Shown: in pieces, positions 40,501 to 52,742 of the stretch
How the letters are laid out: each line of letters begins with the position of its first letter
Numbering within the stretch: the stretch's first letter is position 1
Notes under the pieces: generated by a model
What the model saw: only the letters and a program-made list of their open reading frames with translations
Databases searched by the model: none
Told to the model about the DNA's origin: nothing
Source of the DNA: Gonapodya sp. JEL0774
Lineage: Eukaryota
DNA: 64,000 nucleotides
Reading direction: 5' to 3'
Assembly (NCBI GenBank): GCA_027604505.1
Contig: JADIIX010000043.1
Location: 1-64,000, forward strand
Made by a program: the position numbers and the translations under genes

Positions 40501-41176
40501 CATACAGGACAACTCAATCGTCAAAACAATATGGGTCAGGAGGTGGAAAAAATATCTCACAATTGGAAGGAACGTGAACGCCCCAAAGTGATTTAAAACC
40601 TCTCTGATAAATCGAAAGTGGACCTGTGCAGCATTGTACGTTCAACTGTAATGGGTCCGGTTAACAACGGTGAAATAACGAAACGTGAGTTGAGAGTGCA
40701 TAGACTTGCCTTGTCAACTTGATTCAAATAAACCGTCAGATTCTGTGTAAATGCTGCTCTGGATTTGGTAACTGGGTGCTGGGAAGGAAAACGGGACCAA
40801 CCCACCAGTCCAACCCCCGACGATGTAGTCAACTCTGTACTCATTCACGAGCCGCTGCGCTGCTATGTTGGCTTTGCCGATGTCAGTGCCCGGATCTATA
40901 AATGCATTGAATAAATCAAACCGATACACACTGTGACGGAAATGTCACCTTCATACCGATATTGATGTACCGGACCGGATATCCCGTCCCATTTACTTGA
41001 ATTCCGCCATGGGAATTGGTGTAATTCACCCAAAAATCGAAACCTTGGAACATCTCCAAGTTATCAGGAAGATTGATGTAGGTTCCGATCAATACCTCCC
41101 CGGTCACCCGGGGATCGGCATTGCCAACGGAAAGGAAGATGATCGCAACTGCGAGCCATGTGAATGCATTCGACAT
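37570..41176 (-). CDS. Class C (glutamate/GABA-B)-like GPCR: signal peptide + type-1 periplasmic-binding (Venus flytrap) domain + 7TM + cytoplasmic tail
   Basis: Signal peptide MSNAFTWLAVAIIFLSVGNA. PBP1-like ectodomain (GGIQVNG.., AQRLVNEYRVDYIVG, QWHPSLNYFDSIFG, PGYITASASAAG, ETFFGPV). Seven hydrophobic segments with class C-like cues (LRSMGP after TM1, C before TM3, ECL2 FEC, YKVRNV after TM5, terminal KP in TM7). Confidence 0.8.
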
Positions 41177-41607
41177 TTTGAAGGAAAGCATTCCTCTTCA
41201 TCCATCCGAATCTCAACTTCCACCGTCAACTTCCACCTGTTACGCGGCGAAGGTCATTCGCACTAGTTGGTGTTTAAAACAGCCTTTTTCCATCACGGTG
41301 GACGTTTCATCACATGATGAACCGAGATTTGATGGATGGAAATGCTCCACAGACTTCCGACAGGACTCGAGGTACCTGTTGCGGGAAGAGTATGGAAAGG
41401 GGGTCCACACGAACCGCGACTGTAATAATGGAGGGGCATTCGACATCCAATACCTCAATTATTAAAGTCATCAATGGAAAATCGAATATGGCAGATACAT
41501 TGCTCCTCCTGCACCGCTTTCTTGATGAGTCAGTGCAGACTGCTCGGCCGCTAAAACAATTTGCCCGCCCGGCTTTCCTCGCTCTCTGGAACATATAATC
41601 CCAATCG

Positions 41608-44394
41608 ATGCCACCACCCGCAACATCAGACTCTGAAGATTTTCCTGCCTCGCCCAGTACCTCGCGTAGGAAACCGAAAGCATTAATGAAAAAGGTCACA
41701 TCCGATAAGAACATTATGACTCCAAAGCGATCAACAAAGTCAGAGTTTGGAGGAATGCTGGCACAGCTCATGTTGAGAGATGAAGGTATTATGCGCCGTC
41801 CGTCGAATCACAGAAGGATCTCACCTTTGACGGCGACCAATGACAGCTGAGGAAGAAGATTTGTCGACTTTGTTTCCAACAGTTGTCAAGATATTCTGTA
41901 CTCATACATTTCCGAGCTACTCTTTGCCTTGGCGTGGGTAGCATAGAGGCATTTGTCCAAAGTCGTTTGGATTCATTCTTCTCTCGATCATGCAGAGATG
42001 AAGCGATCAATTTCCTCCACCTCAACTGGGTTCTTAATTCACGGGAAGCGTATATTAACAAATGGTGTGGTTTGACGAACTGTTGTGGTTCGGTGCTGAG
42101 AACTTATCAAATCAACATGGCGTCAGCGCACTCTGTCGAACACTATACTCAGGTACTGAGATTTGGGGCGAAATTAACACCTAATGGTGAACAAAGGAGC
42201 ACTATTTACCCTCCTCTCACTACGCTAGGTCCGTATTTGACGCACTATTGAAGAAGGAAACCTGTCGGCATCCACCTTCCAAACCCCAGGTCCGTGTTCG
42301 TCGGCGAGGAGATTCGCAGAAATACATCGCCAAGGTGTTGTCCATTGGTCGCGATTGTGACATGGCACTCCTCACTGTGGAGGATCCAAAGTTTTGGAAA
42401 GTGAGTTCCAGTTCGTAAGTTTGATGCCGTCATCGCCAACACTTCACCATGGCGTAAATAGAAAGCACCCTTTGTTGATGTTTACGGTCGGGTTACAAAG
42501 CTACCGAAACTCGAAGAGCGCGTCTCTGTGGTTGGTTACCCTGTTGGTGGAGAGAATCTCTCAATAGCTGCCGGTGTTGTGTCTCGAATCGACATGCAAC
42601 AGTATGCGATGGGAATGTATGAGCTCTTGACGATCCAAGTCGATGCGCCTATAAATCCAGGAAACTCAGGTGGTCCAGTTTTTGACTCGCAAAAGCAGTT
42701 TGTTGGTATCGCATTTCAGAGCCTTCGGGACGCTGATGTTGAGGGTCTTGGTATGTTCCCGTTTGGATTGTTGGGATCCCTTAACGCTTTGCGCAGTACC
42801 AGCTCAAGCTTCCTACAATTATTGCGACGATCAGGCTACATTATTCCCGTCCCCGTCGTCCATCACTTTCTGCAAGACATCGAAAAGAACGGTCGCTACA
42901 CCGGGTTTTGTGACATAGGACTTGCAATTCAGCCCCTCGAGAATCCGACGATAAAGCAGTACCTTAGGATGGGAGACCGAACCGGTGTGCTTGTTGGAAA
43001 GGTTGCGCCTCTGTCACCATGTAAAGACAAAATTTTGGTTGGAGATGTGATACTGGCAATAGATGGGTTCATTGTTGCAGACGAGTGAGTAAATGTATCC
43101 TTGTTGGTTATTCCAAGTGCCCAATTCACCTTAGTGCTTGTCGAACCAACAGCCAAACGGTCGAATTTCCTTCAGACTGGTCCCAGAACTCTACTTCCGC
43201 TGCCGATCCGCCCACTGACTCACCGGAAACTGGTACTCAATCACTGAAATTCCGGGAGCTTGGTGCTGTCCCTGCAAAGCTGCAGTCTTCTTGGGAAGAT
43301 ATTCCTGATGAGGAGGATAAAGACAAGGACCCAGGAAGAGGGGAAATGGAAGACGCAGATGAAGATGACGAACCACGTCCGGGAAAAGGTGGTGGTGGTG
43401 TGAGGACAAGAGAGGTGAGATGCATGGATGATAATGGGTGCATTGTGACAGCGATGGTGATTGCTCAAGGTTGTTGTGTATGCTGATCCAGAGGATCGAC
43501 ATCAACTTCCTAACAACACAAAAATTCGTCGGCGACACAGTGAAACTGAAAGTACTTCGCAAGGAGGGATTGCAAATCAAAGAACTGGAACAGGAGATTG
43601 TGCTGACAGAACCAGAGATGTTAGTAGCGGTGGAGGGAAAACGTGTGAAAGATGGCCACAAGGATTTGCGGCTACCAACCTGGTAAGAGAAGTCGTTCTG
43701 GTATTTCTTACCATGAGGCCCAGAAGTCATAGAAATTGTGTTCTTAGGTATATTATTGGGGGTCTTGTGCTGGTGCCCTTCACAGAGGCGTACATCACCG
43801 AGGAGTTCAGCGGACCATCGGAGAGCGCCCCAGTGGAGCTCCTGAGCTTATGGACAGGTGGTGAAAAGAAATATCCGGGACAAGAACTTGTCCTCCTGTC
43901 TCAGGCACGTGCTTTGCTAGCTTAACAAAAATTGCCCGTTTTCTGTTGTTGTGCTTGCGAACATGCACCATTCATCGTCAGGTCCTTGCTCATGATTCAA
44001 ACGTTGGCTACGACTTTGTGGGAAACATTGCTCTAACCAAAGTTAATGGTGTCATGGTTCAGAATCTCAAGCACGCCGTCCAGCTCATCGAAAAGGGCAT
44101 CGAGGAGGGTCAAGGAGCGGGCGACGATGACTTCTCTCGGTATGTAAGACTGGACTTCGCGAATAGCACCATAATCATTCTTGACGCAAAAGTCACCGCT
44201 CAAAACACACGAGAGGTAAACACCACTACATTCCGTCTTCACCCTATTATATTTCAAAATCTTTGATTTTGTTCAAATACTAGGTTCTGATTCAGCATGA
44301 GGTGCCTCGACAGCGCAGCTCCGACTTGGATGGAGTAGAAAAGGAGTCTTTCCCAGACCCCGTCTCCAACACAACCTCCGAGAGTGCGACGTGA
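41608..44394 (+). CDS. DegP/HtrA-family serine protease with PDZ region (plant Deg2/9/10-like)
   Basis: VVKIFCTHTFPSYSLPWQ, ILTNAHSV (His), CDMALLTV (Asp), VGYPVGGENLS..GVVSRI, IQVDAPINPGNSGGP (Ser), GYIIPVPVV.HFL, YIIGGLV, LSQVLAHDSNVGY. Confidence 0.92.
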
Positions 44395-44551
44395 TTACAC
44401 GATTTTTATTGGTCGTGTGAAATCGGAGAGTACTTATAATTAAGGTTGTGAGGACAGTGTTTGTTGGCCCGGAACCAAACTGGCCCCAATAAAAGCAAAA
44501 TGGGTGACATTATCTATCCTCTCCATCACCAAAGACAACCATCAGAGGCCG

Positions 44552-46720
44552 ATGCCACCTCCAGGAGCCGCAGTCTATCTACACGGGAAAAAGAGCGCAG
44601 TGGAAGAACCCGTATCTCTCTCTCCTACGCTTCCTCCACCTCCCAACTACCTGGAGCTTCTCGCGGTGTTACGCTCTAGGCTTCCAGACCCATCACAGAT
44701 CGTGACCGATATAGAAGCTCTGCAAAAGCGGAGTAAAGATATCTCCGTTGCAGAATCGTTCGCTCCCCATGCCATAGTATATGCCGAGTGCGAGGAGCAG
44801 GTGGTCCTCGTGGTGAAGGAGTGCAACAAACTCCGAGTCCCGATTGTTGCCTATGGTAAGAACAACCTCAGTATGCCCCGCTTCATAGTTTTATTCGTTT
44901 TGTCGATTTACCATGGCTCAGTGAACTCTCAATTCCATTCACAGGTGCCGGCACATCAATCGAGGGCCACGCCGTTCCCTCTCCTCTCGGTGGCATTATG
45001 TTGGATCTTTCGAGAATGGATAAGCTGTTGGAGCTTCACCATGAAGATCTTTCAGCTGTGGTGCAACCTGGGCTCTCCTGGACAGTCGTGCGTTCTCTCC
45101 ACCAGCATAGTACCATATGAACACTCACTTTTATATTTTCTAAGTTAAACATTGACCTCGAACCACACGGTGTTTTCTTTGCCCCGGACCCAGCTCCAGG
45201 TGCTAGTGTGGGGGGGATGTGCGGTGAGGAAGCAACATCGTCGCGGTATCTTTCGCAAACATGCGATAATCATTCTTCAACGTGGAAACCAAACACAGCA
45301 ACGTCTTGCTCGGGGACACGGGCATGGAGATACGGAACTATGAAAGGTGTGAACTACTAGTCATTCTCGAAACATTGGTCACCACATCATCCCTACACCT
45401 CAGAAAACGTCCTTGGTCTGCGAGTCGTTCTCCCATCCGGCAAAGTCATTACTACCCGCCGTCGCCCCACCAAGTCGTCTGCCGGATACGACCTTACTCG
45501 TCTCTTTATTGGGTCCGAAGGGACCCTTGGCATCATCACACAGGTTACCATTCGCCTGCGCCCAATTCCCGAGACATTTGTAGTGGCAGCTGTTGCATTT
45601 GCAGGAGTGGAAGAAGCGGGGGTATTTGTAAAAGAGGTTGTGCGTTCCGGTATCCAACTCAATCGGATGGAGATGATGGACGAGGATGCTGTTATGTGAG
45701 TCCTGCCAGTCCGCAGAGCACTTGTGGTTCATGAATTGATCGAATCAAATGTGGGACGATGTCATAGTGCTGGTAACCTCATGGTGCCTGACTCGAAGTT
45801 GCTAGAGAAAACGACGGTACTGGTTGAAGTGCGTTGAAGGGTTCCCCGGCCTCCTATCTCCATTACTTTCACACTCTTACGTTTCACACCCTCCTCACCA
45901 TGTTCTTCAGTTTGCCGGCCAACAACCCATCATCGACCATCAATTTTACCAAATTCAAACCATCGCTACCTCCATGGGCCCTGGTTGCCTTCAAGTTAAG
46001 CGCGCCACGACCGCAGCTGAAACGAATGCAATTTGGAACGTGCGACGATTGCAGATTTACGCATCTCCGTCGTTGAGACGGAAAATCGACCCCTCTGTGG
46101 ATGCTTCCACTGATTTGGAGTTTCAGTCAACCGATGTTGCAGTGCCAGTGAGCAGGCTGGCGGAAGCGCTCGTCAAGGCGCAGCAGTTGAGGAAGAAGTA
46201 TGGCCTTGTTGCTCCTAGTGAGTTGAACCCCTCCGTTCATTCCGGCCCTTCACCTAAATATAACTTGCTACCCATCTGTGAGTCGTCGCCCACGCTGGCG
46301 ACGGCAATTGGCACCACGGCATTGCCACCATTAGAGGGAACAAGGCCGAACTAGAACGTGCCGCGGCGTTTGCAGGCGAGTTGGCGCGCATGGCGATTTC
46401 GATGGGCGGAACGTGTACGGGTGAGCACGGGGTGGGAAAGAACAAGAGGAAGTACTTGGTGGAAGAGGTTGGGGAGGATACGGTGGGAGTGATGAGGGCA
46501 GTGAGTGTTTTGGTTGGATGTTGGGAGACGTGTTGGTTCTGCTCCGCCTGACGCATTTCCGCGGCGTTGACCGGCCCACCCCTCCTTCAAGATTAAGTTC
46601 TCCCTGGACCCGCACAATATCCTCAATCCCGACCACGTTTTCTTCCCGGAGTCGGGCTCTGCCCAGGAGCAGGCCCTCACCGGAGCAAGGTTGGCATACG
46701 ACGGGAAATTGAAGCTGTGA
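44552..46720 (+). CDS. FAD-linked oxidase, D-lactate dehydrogenase (cytochrome)-like
   Basis: GAGTSIEGH, PDPAPGASVGGM, RYGTMKENVLGL, KSSAGYDLTRLFIGSEGTLGII, TDVAVPVSRL, HAGDGNWH, GTCTGEHGVG, LDPHNILNP. Confidence 0.93.
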
Positions 46721-47217
46721 CGAGGGGTTTTGGTGAATGAGAGCGTGTGGGGTGAGTACCGAGTCAACGCCAGTTGCAACAAACACTGGCGGGGCTATGC
46801 CACCACCGTTAAGGCGGAAGGACAGTGGAGCACTGCTCAGCAGGACGCTCGAGCGGAAAGATGTTCATTATGGTACCGACCAGAGAAGACTGATGTTTCA
46901 ATGTATTCAACGCGCACTCAAATAAGGTGATTGTACAGTATTGCACACCAAAAACACTATCCACACAGAATGGAACCCCTTCAAACATCACACAAAACGA
47001 GATATTTCCCACATTAAGAAAACGATTATGTCATCGCAGAGTTGGTGTTTCGAGCATTGCAAACAGACAGTGCAATGAGATGCATTGCAAAAGCACTTCG
47101 CTCATGAAAACAATCAATGGACACACATATCCAACAAACAACCATCATCCCAGCAAAAAAAGAATAAAAAACATGTCTTCCCCTACCGACTCATTCTTTC
47201 CCATCGCGTTGCTCTTT

Positions 47218-50200
47218 TCACTCTTCGCTCCGCCCTACCACCAACTCCACCGCTCCTCCAAACCAACCTGCCCACCCCTTCACGAACCCCGCATCTACCG
47301 GGCCCCTACACCATCCCTGATATGCAGGGGACTGCGAGTGAGTCTGAGTGTCATGCGTGAAGGTGGTGGTGGAGGTGGCGGTTGAAGTGGCAGGGGAGAG
47401 GCCCACCGAGACCGAGAGGCGCCGCGGAGCGGCGAGGAAGGAGAAGGACGAGAGAGGGGCGGTTGGAGCGGAAGACGGGATGGAGGCGGTGGCATAGAGG
47501 CCGAGGATGTGGTCGGATTCTGGGTGCAGGAACGGACAGTGCGGGGCAGGAGGGTGGGTTGAGTTTGGCGCGAGAAAGAACAAGACGGCGACGGGGTGCG
47601 GATGAGCCCCTGGCAGGCCACTCTCCTCCACCACCCCGCGCCGGCGAGCGCACGTACCATACTCGTCCCTCTCCACCACCACTTTTCTCCTCCTTACCCC
47701 CGCCCTCCGTCCCGTCCCCGTCCTCGTCCCCGGCCCGTCCGCCGCCCTCGCCAACCCCCACCCCAGTACGGCCACACACCACCCTGGCACCCTTTCCCCC
47801 ACGCCGTCGATCCCCAGAACCTCGAGGTGTGCGCACTGGCGGGCAATGGTGTCTGCCGCGTCGAGTATGTCGGCGAGGTACTGTGGTGGCGGGACTGATT
47901 GGGGGAGAGGGGCGTGCGCCGCGGGTATGGTCGCTGGGAACAGGTGGCGGGCGGAGAGGTACAGCGAGCGGAGATTGGGGAGGGAGAAGAGGGTGACGCG
48001 GAGGGTGCGCGGGGAAAAGAACAAGGGGTTAGAGTGTTTGGCGGCCCTGCCCGTGGCGGCGTTGCCGCTTCCGCTCCCTCTGTCTGTGGTACCACCCGTG
48101 GCCCCAGACCCGCGTATATCCAGATACTCCACCGTGCCACCACAGTTGTGGCCCAGCCTGAACACCGCTTCTTCGGTCAATCCGGAAACGTGACGGAGCA
48201 CAAGGTGTCGGAGGGGGAGCGGGGGGAGGAGGTGGGACGCGGCGTGGGGCGCGGAGGCGGCGTCGGGCCACGGGCGGGTCAGGGCCGTGGATGCAGCGGT
48301 AGTGGTGGAAGGGGAGCGGGGCAGGGCGAGGTGGGCGAGGCCAGCTTGGGTGAGGGTTGGGCCTGGGTGGGAGATGAGGAGGGTGTGGAGGTTGGGGAGG
48401 TGGACGGAAAGGAGTTGGAGGGAGGAACTTGAGGGGACGGTGCGGTTCGGAGAGAGAGGGGGAGAGAGGGTGCGGGTGCGGTGAGAAGTTGTGGGGGAGA
48501 AAAGTGACGGTAAGTGGAAGGCGAGGGGAAAATAACCAAATTAGGGACAACGGAACAGAGAGCCAATTGTCACGTATCATAGACACCACGAGGCCCTGTC
48601 GGACGGTACTTGCGGAACCCAGAACGCTCCGCTCCATGCTTCTCACAAGTCAACACACGTGCATCGGCGAACACGGCACTCTGCTTACACTCTCCACACG
48701 TGTATGTACCCAAGTTCCTCCCACCATCCACCCACACGAACTTCGAGGCTGCTCCCCCAACACCCCCGTCCTCCACTCCTCACCCACTCACTCGCTCAAC
48801 CTGGCCCCCGACAAATCAATCCACGCCACACTCCTCGCCAACTTCCCCTCTTTTACAATCCTCCCCACCAACCCGTCCCCCACCCCATAACACGCTCCCA
48901 GGTCGAGTTTCACCAGCCGGGGGAAAACTGACACGAGGTCCGCGAGGTCCCCCGGGGCGAGGCCCGAGCATCCGTGGAGGGAGAGGGTGGTGAGGAGAGG
49001 GAAGGAGGTGTGGAGGGAAAGGAGGGTGCGGACCGTGCGGGGGAGGAGGAAGGGGCAGGAGGGGAGGAGGAGGGTGTGGAGGGAGGGTAGGTGGATGAGG
49101 AGGTGGGGGAGGGTGGTTGGGGGGACTTGGGGGCGGTGGGGCCGGTGGGGGCGGCAGGGAAGTGGGTGGAAGGGACGAAGGGAGGAAAAGATGAGTTTCA
49201 ATGCGAAAAGAGTAAGTAGAAGTGGAGGTCAGAGCGATACGCATGAAAGACACCCTTCCACATCAAAACCTGAATCTGAAAAGCATCTAGGCGAGTCACT
49301 CAAGAGAGCACTTGTCCCCCCTGCCCGTGAACCCGCTCTGCTCCACTCACGGACCGTCCACACCGCATTCACCATCCCTCTCGGCCGCAATTCACGCCCA
49401 CCACACGTCTCTTGCCACCGCACCCCATCGACCGATCACACATTCCCCCTCCCCCGCCCCCCCTCCTACTCACCCTCGACATACATCTCGTCCACCACCC
49501 CCTCCAAATCCATCACCTCGATCCTCCCCGCGACCCTCTGTGCCGCCGTATCTCCCCTCCCTAGCACCTCCACGAGCTTCAAAAACCCCGTGAGCGGCGC
49601 CGCCACGACGTGGTTGGCGAACACGGGTCGGGCACAGAGGAGGGAGGGGGCGTCGGGTGGGTGGACCGCGGCGTAGAGGAGGCGGGAGGCCAGCGAGGCC
49701 GAGGCGAGGGTTGGGGGGTGGAGGGTGAGGAAGGAGAGGGCGTGGGTAAGGAGAGGGGTGGGGAGGGAGGTGATGGTGGGGCGGGGGAGCGGGGGAAGAG
49801 AAGGTGGTGCCAAAGGGACCGCGTGTGCGTGTGCGTGCATTTGTGGAGAATGCATTGCACGTGCAGGTGTCTCTACCCCCTGCCGGTCCGTCTGGCCCGT
49901 CTGGCCCGTCTGTCCCGCTCCATCTCCCGACGACGACGATGCCGTTGCCGAGGCGCCAATGTGAGGCACTTCCCACCACTCGGCCGACACAGGTGTCACC
50001 GTCGACTGAGCACCGTTCCCGTGTCCCGCAGATCCCAAAGACCCCGCACCATCAGACACAGACGGTACAGACCCCATGGACAAGGTGGACGTGGCCGTGG
50101 CCGTGGCCGTGGACCCAGAGTCGATCGAGAACGGGTTCGCCATCGTCATTGTCATTTCCCGATTGCGGTCGCGGTGGTGCGGGGACCAGGACGGGGAGGG

Positions 50201-50257
50201 GGACGGGTGGAAATACTCGTGTTGCTGTTGCTGGTACTGGTGATGGGTCGTTTGCAT
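47218..50257 (-). CDS. F-box / leucine-rich-repeat (RNI-like) protein
   Basis: F-box-like ITSLPTPLLTHALSFL..LASASLASRLLYAA. LRR segments LHTLLLPSC, LTTLSLHGCSGL, LVKLDLGACYGVGD, VEYLDIRG, LRSLYLS. Exon boundaries and 3' end approximate. Confidence 0.75.
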
Positions 50258-51642
50258 GCGTTTCTCTATGGGCGGAAAAGAGGGGATGTGAGGTGGTGAG
50301 ATGCAATGTGGTCCGGAGCTGCCCACACCTAAGAAACAGCTCCTCACGTGTGCTGTGTTCCACAGCTGTAGTTGCAATGGGTATCTACCAATCGAAGATG
50401 GAATTACCATACGGAACTACAATTTGTAATCATGTCCGGTTTTTTTTCATGTCGCAAAGTATTCTCGACTTTTCGTGCATGCCCAAGCGACAACCTCCTC
50501 GTTCTACCCACGTCCAACTCCCTCCTTTCGTCTGTTCTTCTTTATCCTCTTAAACTTGAACTTAAATTGGGTGCGGGCTACTGGTGACGGGCACGGGGGA
50601 GGGCATAGTTTCTAGTTACATAGCAGATGGGCCAGGCCAGGTGGGCAGAAACGCCGCGGTACATACGGTAAAGAGTCGAGATTGAGGGAGTATTTATGGG
50701 GTGCCGTGTCTGTTGTGTGTTGGCAAATGACGGGAAGACCACAGTTGTCTAACCCGATATTTGGAACAATCAAGTTATCTTCTTCTGCAAATATTCAACA
50801 CCGGTATTCCACCAATTCCGGAGTGCTCGGAGATTTTGGGACGCTCTCAGCAGATGACCAGAAACAGGCAGATTCCGCGGATCGGGTACATATACGTATG
50901 TGAGTATTGTGTTACACGGGCACACCCAGTTGAGTTTATGCCTCTCAAGCTCAAATGAGAAGCCGAATCTTGATGGAATCCTGGAACGGGACGGGGGGCA
51001 AAGAATCTATGACTACATATGGATTTCGGGGAGAGATTGCCAGCATTTACATAAAAGAGCTCCAATGCGTTTATTGGCGTCATTCCAAGCACCGAATATT
51101 CTTATAAAAAGCGCTTAAATACATGTGACCGCTCACCGCCGCTCAGAGCGTTTCATTCTTGTTCGCTTGGGTTCAGATGGACTCGTTCTGCGTTCAGAGC
51201 GTTTACACACATTCGAAACGCCTTGCAATACACGCCCGTCTAAACGAGTCACGAAAGCGTTCTTATTACACATGATTTCAATCTTATAAAGCGCTTGGAG
51301 CAAAAGCAGGACGGGACACTGAATCGCTGAGCCCGGCACTCTGTGAGGTCACATTTCCAGTTGGTAAACAATTGAACTCGAAGTTTCACAAATCACAGCT
51401 GAAGGATAATGTGACACCTGCAAATATATTTTTCACACTCTTGCCCTTACTCATTCCAATCTTGTGTGCCCCTTCTCGTCTCGGCGACTCTCGACGATTC
51501 CACGGCTCAGCTGCTCGATCCAGCGGATTTCGAGGCACCCGACACACTTTATCCATCGGTCTGTTTCAGGGCAAATGAAAACGGAAATGCGTGCTAATAT
51601 TTAAATAAATAGTGGGATTTGAGTTGTCTGGGTTTCGATTGT

Positions 51643-51657
51643 GTTCTTGAACATTCG
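51643..51657. promoter_or_regulatory. Perfect heat-shock element (nTTCnnGAAnnTTCn)
   Basis: gTTCttGAAcaTTCg about 240 nt upstream of the AN1 zinc-finger ATG. Confidence 0.4.
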
Positions 51658-51893
51658 AAAGCGGGTGGGCAGTGGGGCCGAGTGTGGATGACCAAACCAC
51701 AGTGGCACAGCTTGTACGGCCACAGTTGGGGGTATATCAAGGGAGAGTCCAACAGTGCAAGGCACTTACGCAACTTGAGCGACCGTTGATTGATTGATTG
51801 ATCGATTGGCAGCATCAACATCAAACCCATCACAGACACCGCAACTCACAAACACTCCAAACACTCCAAGCACTCCCTCCACTCCTCTCCCTC

Positions 51894-52742
51894 ATGTCTT
51901 CTTCCTCTTCTGAAACCCAGCATCCATCCGCCAACTCCAACGCCCCCTCTTCAACCCAACCACACTCACCCGCTCAAACCCCCTCTTCCCCTCCTCCACC
52001 TCGCGTCAAGCCCCAGAAGTGCGCTCTCCCCTCCTGCCAGAGCAAGGTCGTCAAGGTATGAAGCACCGGACTCCCCTCACTCCCCTTCCCTTCCCTTCGC
52101 TCCTCCCTCCTTTCCCCCTCGCTTCTCCTCCCTTATCACTACCTCATCTCTCTCTCTACCTTTCCTGCTTTCTAATCCGTCCTCTTCTTTCCCCCCTTCT
52201 CCCTCCCCTCCTCCTATCCCCCAGATCGTCGGCCTCTGCCGATACTGCCAATCAAACTTTTGCGGTGAGTTTTCCCACGAAACCAAAACAACGTCGTCAC
52301 GATCTCGTGTACATCTGGGTCTCTTCGTTTCCCGGCAAACGGGACGAAAACATGTGTGTCGAGCGTGGTGGGTCACGCGGAACCTGGGTGGGGCTGTGGC
52401 AGGATGCTCTGTGGCCACGTGACCCGGCCCGCACAACACACTCCCCACCCCTGCAGAAAACGCACAGAATCACTTACAGTGGACCCACAAACCATCACAC
52501 ACACCCTGGACACCCTCGGACCACTGTCCGATCGCACATCCCATCCCCCGTGACTTTGCCCTATCCACCACTGACACGCATTCCTCACCCTCTCCCTCAC
52601 CCTCACCCTCCCACCCTCTCCAGCCACCCACCGCCTCCCCGAACTTCACATGTGCGCCAACCTCGACTCGTGCCGCGCCGCGGCCCACACCAGGTTGGGA
52701 GAGAAGTTGATGAGGGAGAAGACGGTCGGAGTCAAGGTGTGA
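51894..52742 (+). CDS. Small AN1-type zinc-finger protein, 3 exons
   Basis: Spliced KCALPSCQSKVVK|IVGLCRYCQSNFC|ATHRLPELHMC..EKTVGVKV* gives the AN1 pattern Cx4C..Cx2Cx4Cx2HR..HxC. Confidence 0.9.

Noticed and set aside
43095..43102. GTATCCTT, a U12-type 5' splice-site-like motif
   Set aside because: It lies 10 nt inside an intron whose GTGAGT donor already gives the correct frame; no U12 branch site seen.
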